From the NCBI GenBank assembly GCA_965247955.1, contig OZ252042.1, forward strand, positions 1,968,323 through 2,032,322: a stretch of 64,000 nt of DNA, in the 5' to 3' direction. Below, piece after piece: positions 16,087 through 25,706 of this stretch. This DNA comes from Vicinamibacterales bacterium. GTDB taxonomy: Bacteria; Acidobacteriota; Vicinamibacteria; Vicinamibacterales; UBA8438. Each line of letters starts with the position of its first letter. The first letter of the stretch is position 1. The notes under the pieces were generated by a model. That model did not search any database and was not told the origin of the DNA. It was given only the letters and a program-made list of their open reading frames with translations. The position numbers and the translations under genes were made by a program.

Positions 16087-18051
16087 TCACGCGACTCCAG
16101 CCAGCACAGAGAGCCCGTCGGTGTGCTGTAGGGCTACCAGATCTCCCAACGCCGTTGCCCAGTGGAGGACGTTCAGCGTATCCAGACCGCTGATGATCGT
16201 CAGGTTACCCAGAACGAAGACCGGCCAGAACCAGCGATTACGCGGAAGTACAGCGTTGAACGCCACGGTCATGGGCAAAAGTACGCGCGTCGCCGCGTAA
16301 GGGTATCCGACCCATACTGCCGGTCCGAGGACGACCATCAGAGCACACGATGCAATCCCGACGCGCCACCACGCGTTGGTCCAGGCACGCGATACGACCA
16401 GCACGACGGCCTGCGTCCCCAGACTGATCAGCGCAAGCAGGTTGAACCACGCAAGAGACGAGGGTTCTTCTCGCAACTCGGATAACGCCGCGCCCCACTC
16501 CGTGAAATATCCAGTGAAGGGTAGGCCGAAGTTCCTGGTTCCCGTGGTGCTCCCGGATACGGCGTCCCCACTCCACACATATAACATCCATAGCGCCAGC
16601 GGCCCGGCGATCAGAAACGTACCAACGCACAGTTCGCGCCAACTATGCCGGCGAAAGGCGTCAGGACTGCAGAGCACCGCACTCCATAACAGGTTGGTCT
16701 CCTTGGCAAGACCGGCGAGCCCGACAAGAGCCGCGGCGCGGCCGGTTCGCCCGCGTTCGACGGCGAGTACGGTCAGCACAAGCAACAGCAGGCTCGGCGC
16801 ATCCGGCACCGCTCTGACGACCGAGAAGATGGCGCCTTGACTGAACAGGCATCCAAACCAGAGACAGAAGCTCTTGAAGTCCAGCGGCGGAAACCACCGC
16901 ATCAGCAGCAGGGCTACCACGAGCCAGAACACGGCGTTCTGAATCGCGTAGGCATGAACGATCCAGTGCGGCTGCCCGAGACCGAACAGGAAGGCCGTCC
17001 AGGAAAAAAGAATCCGCCGCGCCCGATAGGATGGGTTGTCGAGCGCCTCGACGGTGGCGGGGTCGAGCAGGAGAGGGTCAACCGCCAACTGTGCGTAGAA
17101 CTGGCCATCGTAGCCGCCCGGCGAGAAATGAAGCGGAACATCGCGGAGAGCCGGGACCAACCGGTCCTGCAAGTCGGCGTTGAAGTAGATGAAGCGTGTA
17201 AAGCCAGTCTCGGGATCGTGAAACATCGCAATCCCGGCGACGAACAGCACCACCGACGCCACATAGAGCAGCGGGACGCGGCGTGCCCACACATGGAGCA
17301 GCGCTAGCTGGGACTTCCAGAACCAAACCTCGAGTGTCGGGCAGTACAGCAGGATAAGAAGCACAACAAACGTATGACCAGCCAGGAGAACTCCGAAGTC
17401 GGAAACCCATGGAGCCACGATGGCCGCGGCCAGGAACAGGCAGACCAGCGCCGCGACGACAACGTAGGTGACACGGCGGACAGTGTTCCTGACGGTGCGC
17501 GTTGGGTCGCCGGGAAACAGGAGCATGAGCACCAACAGCGCCACGCTAAGCAGATTTGGCACGGGAGGGGCGGGCGCAACACCGATCGGGACGATCATGA
17601 ACTCGAACAGTCCACGCGAGAATCCGTGGACGTTGGCGACTTCTAGGAACGTGAGCGACCATCCGTCGCCATCGCTGGTGATCTCAACTAGATCACCAGC
17701 GCTCAGTACGGCGCCATCGGGAAGGCTGAGATCGACCCGAGTTTCCCGGCCGGTCACGAGCGGAACATCGGCAAGCGGGCTGCCGTCAACGACGATCCGC
17801 GCAGTCCGCGACACCGATCCATCTAGAGCCAGTCGGAGGACCACGGCGACCGGTTGACCCGACAAGGAGAACAAATCAGGCAACTGAACGGCAACAGCGC
17901 CGTCTGACGCTTCCAGTTCCGCATGTACGATGCCGAAGCGCAGGCGCTCGAAGGTCGTGTAGACCCGAGTGTGAAGGACGCCGGCGCAGACGCACGCGAG
18001 CAGAAGCGCGACGACCCGGCGCCGCGGTCCGCTTGTTTCCAGCAATGCCAT
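16087..18051 (-). CDS. polytopic membrane protein, possible GT-C-type glycosyltransferase
   Basis: Many hydrophobic helices. The GGYDGQFYAQLA motif is reminiscent of PMT_2/DUF2029-type enzymes. Lies directly upstream of the GT2 remnant. Start uncertain because the ORF track extends to 18099 over an integrase remnant. Confidence 0.45.
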   Translation of the reverse strand: MALLETSGPRRRVVALLLACVCAGVLHTRVYTTFERLRFGIVHAELEASDGAVAVQLPDLFSLSGQPVAVVLRLALDGSVSRTARIVVDGSPLADVPLVTGRETRVDLSLPDGAVLSAGDLVEITSDGDGWSLTFLEVANVHGFSRGLFEFMIVPIGVAPAPPVPNLLSVALLVLMLLFPGDPTRTVRNTVRRVTYVVVAALVCLFLAAAIVAPWVSDFGVLLAGHTFVVLLILLYCPTLEVWFWKSQLALLHVWARRVPLLYVASVVLFVAGIAMFHDPETGFTRFIYFNADLQDRLVPALRDVPLHFSPGGYDGQFYAQLAVDPLLLDPATVEALDNPSYRARRILFSWTAFLFGLGQPHWIVHAYAIQNAVFWLVVALLLMRWFPPLDFKSFCLWFGCLFSQGAIFSVVRAVPDAPSLLLLVLTVLAVERGRTGRAAALVGLAGLAKETNLLWSAVLCSPDAFRRHSWRELCVGTFLIAGPLALWMLYVWSGDAVSGSTTGTRNFGLPFTGYFTEWGAALSELREEPSSLAWFNLLALISLGTQAVVLVVSRAWTNAWWRVGIASCALMVVLGPAVWVGYPYAATRVLLPMTVAFNAVLPRNRWFWPVFVLGNLTIISGLDTLNVLHWATALGDLVALQHTDGLSVLAGVA

Positions 18052-18070
18052 GACGGTGCGGAGGAGAGAT

Positions 18071-18478
18071 CTAGCTCGCGGTGCGGAATCGTAGGTCACG
18101 ACGGACGCGGATCATGCGACACTCAGCTCCGGGCGGCTTTGGTAAAGGCGGGAACGCCCTCCGCTTGTCGGCGAGGGGGTCTCCGCCCGAACGGGCTAGC
18201 TTGCGGTTGGCGAGGGCTAGCTCGCGGGCTTCGGCCAAGGAGACGAGCCCGGCGGCGCCAAGTCCCATCTCGCGGCGGCGTCCGCGGATGACGAGCCGCT
18301 GGATCCAGCTTCTCGTGCCGGTGGGCTGCACGAACAGGTACAACCCGTTGCCGTCGGCGTGCCGTCCTGGCGGCGCGGAGCGGACGAAGGCGGCAGTGAG
18401 CGCCTTGTCGGAATGGCGTCCTCGGCGCTTGGTTCGTGGGGGTCTGGCGGCGGAATAGACTACAACATTCATTCCCAC
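18071..18478 (-). pseudogene. tyrosine integrase remnant (DUF4102 arm-binding domain only)
   Basis: GNGLYLFVQPTGTRSWIQRLVIRGRRREMGLG...SLAEARELA. The catalytic domain is absent. Confidence 0.65.
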
Positions 18479-18700
18479 ATTATATACGGGATTGGGCTGG
18501 ATTTCGCCATATGTCCTGACCGGCTCAGTCCGCGATGACTGATTATAAATAATTATAAATAAAAGACTTATGTATATTAAGACACGAATCTTGACACTGC
18601 TGGAACACTAGCAGGTGTTAAGGCAGGGGAAACGCTACTTCGTCGAAGGGCTCGGCGAGCAGGCCTTGCACGATCAAACGCCACCGTCATCCTCCGCGCA

Positions 18701-18719
18701 TACAGGGTTATACGCGTAT
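18701..18719. repeat. 19-mer TACAGGGTTATACGCGTAT, copy 1 (candidate centromere site)
   Basis: Contains the 14-bp palindrome TTATACGCGTATAA. Lies 63 nt upstream of the parA ATG. An identical 19-mer lies exactly 1000 bp downstream. Confidence 0.55.
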
Positions 18720-18781
18720 AAGCGCATATTGTTATCAGCGTATTGCTTTATACAATTACACTGCGTTACGATTACGCTTGT

Positions 18782-19426
18782 ATGAGCGTAATCACCTTTG
18801 TCACCCAAAAAGGCGGCAGCGGTAAGACCACTCTCGTCCTGTCCTGTGCGGTGGCCGCCGACGAACTCGGCGTCCGGGTCCTTATCCTGGACATGGACCC
18901 GCAAAAGACCGCCGAGTCCTGGTATCAAGCGCGTGAATCGTCGACGCCGAAGCTGGCAGCCGTCACGGCCGCCGAACTCCAGACTGCCATCAGGGGCGGT
19001 CGCGAGCGCTTTGACGTGATCCTGATCGACACTCCCGGCCGCGATGAACCAAGCACGGCTGCGGCAATCCGCCATGCAGATTTGTGCCTGATCCCCTGCC
19101 GGCCGACATCGGCTGACATGCAGGCCACGCCACCAACTGTGGCCACCATTAATTGCCTTGGCAAGGTGAGCGCGTTCGTTTTGAATCAGACGCCGCCACG
19201 AGGTTACCGAATCCACGAAGCGGCCAGAGGCTTAAGTGTCCTGGGGCTGGTCGCCCCGGTGCACGTCGTTGCGCGTAGCGCTTTTCAGGACACTCACGGG
19301 ATGGGCCTCACAGTCACCGAGTCCGAACCCGATGGGAAAGCAGCCTCCGAAATCAGGAAACTGTGGCTCTGGATCGCCAAGAAATTGGAGAAAGTGAACG
19401 ATGTCCCCAAAACGCACGTCTCTTGA
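18782..19426 (+). CDS. parA: ParA partition ATPase
   Basis: MSVITFVTQKGGSGKTT Walker A motif. Start moved to ATG 18782. Confidence 0.85.
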   Translation: MSVITFVTQKGGSGKTTLVLSCAVAADELGVRVLILDMDPQKTAESWYQARESSTPKLAAVTAAELQTAIRGGRERFDVILIDTPGRDEPSTAAAIRHADLCLIPCRPTSADMQATPPTVATINCLGKVSAFVLNQTPPRGYRIHEAARGLSVLGLVAPVHVVARSAFQDTHGMGLTVTESEPDGKAASEIRKLWLWIAKKLEKVNDVPKTHVS

Positions 19427-19685
19427 AGCGGTGCTGAACCCTGCCGCTGTCGCGCCTGATGCCGTAGCTCCGGAAGACGCCCGCGGCCTACGCAAGCCAA
19501 TCGGCAAGCGGCGACGAGTGACGCAGCAGACCGCCTATCTTCCGGTGCCGGTCTATGAACAGATTCGCCGGTTGGCTTTTGAAGAAAACACTAAAATGCA
19601 TTCTCTTTTGATGGAAGGGCTTGACCGTGTGTTCAAAGATCGGGGCCTACCCTCAATAGCAGAGCTCACCAACACCGATCGCTGA
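19401..19685 (+). CDS. ParG-like RHH partition protein
   Basis: 94 aa, overlapping the parA end. RHH-like segment QQTAYLPVPVYEQIRRLAFEENTKMHSLLMEGLDRVF. Confidence 0.5.
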   Translation: MSPKRTSLEAVLNPAAVAPDAVAPEDARGLRKPIGKRRRVTQQTAYLPVPVYEQIRRLAFEENTKMHSLLMEGLDRVFKDRGLPSIAELTNTDR

Positions 19686-19700
19686 TTCATGGCATAAAAC

Positions 19701-19719
19701 TACAGGGTTATACGCGTAT
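19701..19719. repeat. 19-mer TACAGGGTTATACGCGTAT, copy 2
   Basis: Identical to 18701-18719. Lies 16 nt after the parG-like stop. Confidence 0.55.
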
Positions 19720-20017
19720 CATTGTATACAGTCGTAATGTGTTGGAATCGAGCTGAATGTGAAGCTTAAACGGGCGCTGGTATGGTTGGGACTTTAATGA
19801 GCAAAGACGACGAGTATCGCCAAGGGTGAAGGCATGAGCGAGACACTCGTACATCTTCAATGGGGTCTGCGTTCCGGCTTCAGCTTCTGCGAGCTGGTGG
19901 GCGTCTCGACGATTGCCGAGTCCGATCCCACGCTGAGCTGGCGCCTTGCCGATCGGCACAGCGAGGCTTGGTGTCCTCGGTGCCGAGATCGGGCGCTAAA
20001 TCCCTCTAGTTGCTCGG

Positions 20018-20299
20018 ATGAACTGGACGCAAGGAAGGTGCTCCTTGAAAAGCTACGTTTTTAAAATCGTCGTCGAAGATGACAAGCACGAGGACGGCCG
20101 TCACGCATTCCGGGCGTACTGTCCCGCGCTCGAATCCATCGGCGCCGCAACGTGGGGTGAGACCAGAGAAGAAGCGGTCAAGCACATCGGCGAGGTGCTG
20201 CACATGATTGTGGATGAACTCGCCGAGGAAGGGAAAGACATCCCGCCGGACGCGCTCATTGCGTCCACCGACTCTTCCGCTGTGTTGGTGAGCGTTTGA
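20018..20299 (+). CDS. hicB: HicB-like antitoxin (UPF0150 fold)
   Basis: YVFKIVVEDDKHEDGRHAFRAYCPALESIGAATWGETREEAVKHIGEVLHMIVDEL. The true start may be an internal TTG. Confidence 0.65.
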   Translation: MNWTQGRCSLKSYVFKIVVEDDKHEDGRHAFRAYCPALESIGAATWGETREEAVKHIGEVLHMIVDELAEEGKDIPPDALIASTDSSAVLVSV

Positions 20300-20532
20300 A
20301 ACTGCCGCGGGGCGTTTCCGCCCGCGAACTCATCCGCGCACTCAAAGCCGATGGATTCGTTCATGTCCGAACGAGAGGAAGCCACCGCAGATTTCATCAC
20401 CCTGATGGTCGCCGCGCTTCTGTGTCCTACCATCAGGAATCCGCACCCCTTCCCATGAACACCCTGCGGAGCGTTATCGTGCTCCAAGCCCGATGGGAAG
20501 AGGACGATCTTCGACGACTGAGACTTCGATGA
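20296..20532 (+). CDS. hicA: HicA toxin
   Basis: SARELIRALKADGFVHVRTRGSHRRFHHPDGR is typical of HicA/YcfA. Confidence 0.75.
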   Translation: MKLPRGVSARELIRALKADGFVHVRTRGSHRRFHHPDGRRASVSYHQESAPLPMNTLRSVIVLQARWEEDDLRRLRLR

Positions 20533-21752
20533 GTAAAGACGACGAGCACTGCGGCGGGTTCGTGCCCCTCGGCGATATGGCCGGGGCGGTCGACCTGTCC
20601 CCCGCCACGCCCCAAGCCCGGCACCACTTCACCCGTCTCGACCAGATCGACCAGCTTGTTGGCGCGAGCGAAGCGGAACCAGATATCGGCTTCATGGCGC
20701 GGCTGCTCGCGCTGTGCAGTCTACCGCGCACCAATCCAGGGGACCGGAAAGAGTACGTCCGGCGCAACGGGCCATACACCCTGATCATGAGTGCCGGCGG
20801 CCACCCGGCGCGACTGCCCTACGGTATCCTTCCGCGGCTGCTGCTGGCATGGGTGTGCTCAGAGGCGGTACGGACGCAGCGCCGCCAACTGGTCCTCGGG
20901 CGGTCGCTGTATGAGTTCATGCGCAAGCTCGGCATGGAGAATCGAAGCGGGGGCATCAACGGCGAGCGGACGTGCCTCAAGAATCAAATGCGCCGGCTCT
21001 TTCGGTGTTCGGTCCAGCTCGTCTACGTCGAGGCGCAGCATGAAGTAATCGTACAGTCCTTCATTGCAGACCGCGCCGAGTTCTGGTGGGACGCGACGCG
21101 AGACTCCGGGCCGTCGTTGTGGGACAGCACGATCGAGCTTGGCGAGAAATTCTTTCACGAAATCATCGCGCACCCTGTACCGATCGATCTGCACATCCTT
21201 AAGGCGATAAAGCGGTCGCCCCTCGGCCTCGACCTGTACCTCTGGCTCACGTACCGGACGTTCAATCTTAAGACGCCGCTGTGCCTGTCCTGGCGGCAGC
21301 TCTACCGGCAATTTGGCGCGGACCCGGCGCGCGTGACGGCCGGACGCGTGTTCGACGCGAGCCGGGTCCGCGTGATTGACGGAGACACGATCGAGGTCGA
21401 GGGCACGACGGCGACGGTTCGGCTGATGGGGATTGACACGCCGGAGACAAAGCATCCGACGCGGCCGGTCGAGTACTACGGCGCGGAGGCGGCGGCACTC
21501 GCGGAGACGGTGCTATCAGGGATGACGGTAGACCTGACGACAGACCGGACCGGGGACCGGGAGGATGTGTACGGTCGGTGGCTGCGGTACGTCGTGGTGC
21601 GGGGCGTTGATTTCAACGCGGCGCTCGTGCGGGGAGGGTACGCGCGAGCGGTCCGGGGATTTGCGTATGCCCGTCGGGCGGAGTTCATCGGGCTTGAAAA
21701 TGAGGCGCGATCGCGCGGCGTGGGTTTGTGGGAGGCACGAGGGCCGGAGTAG
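20529..21752 (+). CDS. chimeric RepA (C-terminally truncated) fused to a staphylococcal-nuclease (SNase) domain
   Basis: RepA motifs run up to RQFGADPARVT (about aa 270-280). Then VIDGDTIEV...VRLMGIDTPETKHP...YGRWLRYV...GLWE, typical of the thermonuclease fold. Start at ATG 20529 overlaps the hicA stop. Confidence 0.7.
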   Translation: MSKDDEHCGGFVPLGDMAGAVDLSPATPQARHHFTRLDQIDQLVGASEAEPDIGFMARLLALCSLPRTNPGDRKEYVRRNGPYTLIMSAGGHPARLPYGILPRLLLAWVCSEAVRTQRRQLVLGRSLYEFMRKLGMENRSGGINGERTCLKNQMRRLFRCSVQLVYVEAQHEVIVQSFIADRAEFWWDATRDSGPSLWDSTIELGEKFFHEIIAHPVPIDLHILKAIKRSPLGLDLYLWLTYRTFNLKTPLCLSWRQLYRQFGADPARVTAGRVFDASRVRVIDGDTIEVEGTTATVRLMGIDTPETKHPTRPVEYYGAEAAALAETVLSGMTVDLTTDRTGDREDVYGRWLRYVVVRGVDFNAALVRGGYARAVRGFAYARRAEFIGLENEARSRGVGLWEARGPE

Positions 21753-21854
21753 GTTCTCGGGTGTCCGGTCGGGCGGTCGTACAGAGGAAGCGACCCGCGT
21801 TGCAGGCGGGCCGCTTTGTGGTGATCCGGTCCAGGTGTACGAGGCACCTAAACC

Positions 21855-22418
21855 ATGCGACAACGAAAAGCTATTCTAGCGTTCTCTCACCCTGAGTCAC
21901 AACCGGCGACGTTGCCGGGATTTGAACACCGGGCGGCGGTCCGGCGCGAGCGGAAGGAAGCGGAGGCCCGCGCAATCGAGGACAGCCGCGCGTACCTCGG
22001 GCCGACGCCGATGCGCCCGCGCTCGGCACAGTCGATATTTCATTTCAATCAAGCGGATCAAGTCGTGTCGCTGGTCACGGCGCGGCAGAACGCGCCGGAC
22101 ATTGGTTTCATGGCGCGGCTCCTGGCGCTCTGCTCGTTGCCGCGTACGAATCCCGGCAAGCGGGTGCAATACATGCGGGTCAACGGACCGTACACGCTCG
22201 TGATGAGTTGTACGGGCCGGGCGCGGTTGCCGTACGGGATTCTGCCGCGCTTGGTGTTGGCGTGGGTGTGTTCGGAGGCGGTGCGAACACAGAACCGGGT
22301 GCTCACGCTCGGGGCGTCGCTGTCGGCGTTCATGCGGAAAGTCGGGATAGAGAATTACGGCGGCGGGCCGCGTCCAGTGATCGCGTCATCCTCGCGTGCG
22401 AGGTCTGCCCGCGCATGA
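21855..22418 (+). pseudogene. RepA N-terminal half only
   Basis: DIGFMARLLALCSLPRTNPGKR...LPYGILPRLVLAWVCSEAVRTQNR, then loss of similarity and a stop. Confidence 0.7.
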
Positions 22419-22621
22419 CGCGATCGAAGCGCGTAGCGCCTCGATGGTCGGTCATTGCGGCGGCCGTGGCGGCGGCAGTCGGGGCGCGGCCGGAGGAAGT
22501 CCGGGAAGCTCTGGCGGTGGCGTTGGCGGCGGAGTGTCAACGAGGGGCGAGCAAAAGGGAACGCCGTACAAACGAAAGCGGCGAAGCGGCGTAACCCGCT
22601 CCGCCGTTCTCCGCGCGGCGG

Positions 22622-22883
22622 TTACTCGCCGTCGTCCTCGCCTTTGGACTCCTGGGGGAGCTGTAGGACGCGGGTATGTGCGAGGTCGGCCACCTTGGCG
22701 AGTAGCAACAGGTCGTTCCGCCCGAAGCTCTGGGTTGACTGCCACGTATCGCCGTCTTTGTAGAGGCGGGAGAACACCACCATTGTACCGGGGCCTGCCG
22801 TCCTCGGTTTGGTTGCGCCAGATGGTGGCTTTGACGCGGCCGATCCGAACTTCGTCAACGGGCTTGTGCGTGGTTTCGGTCAT
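22622..22883 (-). pseudogene. small conserved plasmid/phage protein split by a 1-nt frame break
   Basis: Frame 1 reads MTETTHKPVDEVRIGRVKATIWRNQTEDGRPRYN. Frame 2 reads VVFSRLYKDGDTWQSTQSFGRNDLLLLAKVADLAH. The break lies near 22780-22790. Confidence 0.45.
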
Positions 22884-23377
22884 CGTGTTTCCTTCCTGAG
22901 TTAAGGGTTGCCGGTTCCGCTTTCACAAGTCGAAGCGGACCGGCGAACCCCTGGTGCGAGGGACAGCGCCGCCGCGTCGGGACCGGGCAGCCTCGGATAC
23001 GAGGGGACCGTGACAAGCGCCGGCGGCGAGCGCGAGCGGCTTGGCACGCGGGCCGTGCGCCGATGCAACCGGGGGCCCGGTGCGGCAAGCGGAGAAGATG
23101 GCCGACAGACGCAAGCTCATGAGGTTCGGATCGGGCGCGCAAAGCATCAGGCGACGTGGAAGAGACCAGGCAAGGCTCGCGTGGTGTTCGGCCGGGCTCG
23201 GCGGCGAGTGGCGCTGTCGAGCGGTGGAAGGTTGCTGTGGTATTCACGGTGGGCGGCTGTGTCGAGCGTCGCGGGTGCACGCTCCTGGGGTTCGGTGGGC
23301 GCTGGCGGGCGGCGGGAGGGCCGCAGGCGGCGGCAGCGGCAGTCGGCGCGGCGGAGGGCTCTTACCGGCCGGGCCAG

Positions 23378-23482
23378 TTTTCCACAGTCGAAGGTGAATA
23401 CGGGTGGTTTTCCTCGCTGAAAAGGTACACATTCACAGTACAAGTACGTACGTACAAATACTACGTACGTACAAGTACGAGC
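23378..23482. repeat. ori-like region C: conserved box plus GTAC-rich repeats
   Basis: TTTTCCACAGTCGAAGGTGAATACGGGTGGTTTTCC is homologous to boxes A and B. It is followed by TACGTACGTACAA twice and GTACAAGTACG twice (23438-23480). Confidence 0.45.
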
Positions 23483-23507
23483 GGCACGCCGCAGTGTTAA
23501 GGGTCGG

Positions 23508-24644
23508 TTATTGAGGACGAGCGACGGCCGGAAGCCTGGGGCTCGGCCGTTGTGGGGCGTTCGTGCGACCGGTCGCGTGGTCGCTCGGTCGTGTGACGGG
23601 GTCGGCCTGGGCCGGGGCGGTCCTGGCCGTGGTACGACGCTCGTGCGGCCATTCGCCGGATGGCTCGGCCGTGGCAAAGTGTGCGGCCGGTCGCGTGGTC
23701 GAGGGGTGCGCGTGGCCGGCGAGATATTGCACGTCGTCGAGGGGTACGCCCTGGATGAGCAGGTCGGTCACCACCATGACGCGGAACGAATGCGGCGTGA
23801 TGAGGGGGGGGAGACCGGCATCTTTGAGCCGCCGCTGCAGCATCGCCCGGATGGTCCAGGGACCGATGCCGGCGCGGCTCAAGCCGCTCGGCGCGGTGGC
23901 GGACGCGGCACGGAACAAGGGCGCGTCCTTGGCGTCGCCGTTCACGTCCGCGGCGACCAAGTATGCCGTCAGCCAGCGGTCGAGGTCGAGGCGCACGGGA
24001 ATGTCGCGGTCTTTGCCGCGTTTCTCCCGGAACCGCAGGGTCCGGCTCTCGCCGTAGTCGCACAGGTCTTGGAGCCGCAACTTCGCCAGGGCGCCCACGC
24101 GCGCGCCGGTGTAGGTGAGCGTGCCGATGACGGCGCGGTCGCGCAAGCCGACGGGCCGCGCACAGTCGATCGAGGCCAGGAGCCGTCGCGCCTGCGCGAC
24201 GGTGATTTCCGGCGTCCGGCCGCTGCCGGGGCCGCGGGCCTGTCGCGGGCCGGTGACGGAGAGGAACGGGTTGAGCGCGAGCGCGTGGCGCGTCACCAGC
24301 AGATTGCCGAATTGGCGCATGGCGGCCAGGGCGACCTTTTGGGTGGACGCGGCGCCGCCCACGCCGTCCATGTATTGCCCGGCCAGGAGCGGGGTGACGG
24401 CGCGGAGCTCGATGTGCTGGGCCTCGCACCAGTCGAGGAAGTGGCGGATGGCGCGGCCGTAGGCCCGCCGGGTGTGCGGGTTCCGGTGGCGCGCGCCCAA
24501 AAACTCGCCGGCGGCGAAGCACGCGCCCGCGCCGGCGCGCTCGAGCATGGCCGGGTACCGGCCCTCCAGGGCCGCCGGCGCGGGCGGCAGCGGTACAAGT
24601 GACGAGCCAGGGGTCTCGGACGCTGCCATGCTGTGATAACCCAC
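23508..24644 (-). CDS. tyrosine recombinase, apparently lacking the catalytic Tyr
   Basis: Phage-integrase fold motifs are present (TGARVGAL, HSFRVMVVT, LAGHAHPSTT). After STT the sequence becomes low-complexity (RPAAHFATAEPSGEW...) with no Tyr in the expected position. Confidence 0.65.
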   Translation of the reverse strand: MGYHSMAASETPGSSLVPLPPAPAALEGRYPAMLERAGAGACFAAGEFLGARHRNPHTRRAYGRAIRHFLDWCEAQHIELRAVTPLLAGQYMDGVGGAASTQKVALAAMRQFGNLLVTRHALALNPFLSVTGPRQARGPGSGRTPEITVAQARRLLASIDCARPVGLRDRAVIGTLTYTGARVGALAKLRLQDLCDYGESRTLRFREKRGKDRDIPVRLDLDRWLTAYLVAADVNGDAKDAPLFRAASATAPSGLSRAGIGPWTIRAMLQRRLKDAGLPPLITPHSFRVMVVTDLLIQGVPLDDVQYLAGHAHPSTTRPAAHFATAEPSGEWPHERRTTARTAPAQADPVTRPSDHATGRTNAPQRPSPRLPAVARPQ

Positions 24645-24802
24645 TTTATCACACAGCGTTTAGGGCAACACTCGCGTGAGCTCGTGCGCCTCGGCGCGGG
24701 GCTGAGCGTCCATGTCCTTCAACGCCTTGTCCATCACCCGCCGCAACACGTGTCTGTTCTGCATACCCTCGGCAATCGATTCACGCAAGGTGACGTTGCT
24801 GT

Positions 24803-25134
24803 CTATCCATTCCTCGAACCAACGCCGAATCTCCGTGACGCGGCGGCCTGGATGCCGTTGTACAGCATGAGTCCTGGACTGAGATGACACCCGCCGCCGA
24901 ACGGACACCAATCAACGTGCGCGGAGATTGAGCGAAGTGTCAGTTGCGCGTCGAGCGCGATGCCATCGTTGTCGAACTGACGACTGAGACCGAACACGCT
25001 GAATCCACCGCGGAGGTTCACCTGTTCGCCAATCGGGACGGCGATGTCGGCGCCGCCGGTGCCTGACCGGCCGCGGTACGTGCCGCGGCCGCGACCATGA
25101 GACACACGAGCGAGAGAGTAAAGAACGTTTTCAT
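24803..25134 (-). pseudogene. secreted/outer-membrane-type protein fragment with a frame break
   Basis: Signal peptide MKTFFTLSLVCLMVAAAA starts at 25134 in one frame. The beta-rich continuation (GADIAVPIGEQVNLRGGFSVFGLSRQFDNDGIALDAQL) is in another frame. Confidence 0.3.
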
Positions 25135-25186
25135 CAGGACCTCCAGTGTCGCCATGCATCACCGCCCGGCGACAGGTGTAAGGGGG

Positions 25187-25342
25187 TCACACACCGTCGA
25201 GGTCACGAACGTTCGGATCGGCGCCAGCATGAAGCGACTGGTAAACATCAAGCAGCGATCCTTTTTCGGCCGCGCGATGTAACGGGGTCACACCGTTAGC
25301 ATCGACAGCGGTGAGGTCGTTATCAGCCAGAAGTGGAATTAT
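25187..25342 (-). pseudogene. ankyrin-repeat fragment
   Basis: DANGVTPLHRAAEKGSLLDVYQSLHAGADPNVRD is a single ankyrin-like repeat with no credible N-terminus. Confidence 0.3.
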
Positions 25343-25706
25343 GGATCGTGATGGCGGCGGGGGGTTTCGGCGGCGAGGCGCGTCCCTGGACGAGGCGCGG
25401 GCGCGTGGGGTCTCCCCCTTCCCGGAGGGAGAAATCAGACCAGAGCGACCCCTCGCCGCGTGCTCGCCCTGGTTCATGCTCTGGCCTACCCCTGGCCGGT
25501 CGTTGCGGAGCGCGGCGCGGAGCGTCTTGGCGGTGGTCTTGGGTGGGTTTTCGGCTTGGCGTTACTATCGAGGTAACAGTATTTTCTAAAAACCTAAGGG
25601 AAACGGTTGGTGTGGTGTTGCTCCCACCACTCCTCCCCTTAATTACACGTCGAGTTAAGCCATTTTTTAATTTCTCTGAACCGAACGATTAACAGGCCAC
25701 CGGCCT

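Noticed and set aside
22884-23377. Several 60-180-aa ORFs on both strands (for example 22855-23280 and 22908-23420).
   Set aside because: They overlap one another, are Arg/Ala/Gly-rich, have no motifs and no SD or promoter context. The region probably derives from a degraded repA 3' part and spacer.
23511-24602. 363-aa plus-strand ORF, plus the alternative minus-frame ORF 23497-24522.
   Set aside because: They overlap the tyrosine recombinase gene, which has recognisable integrase motifs. Their own composition is Arg/Gly-rich junk.
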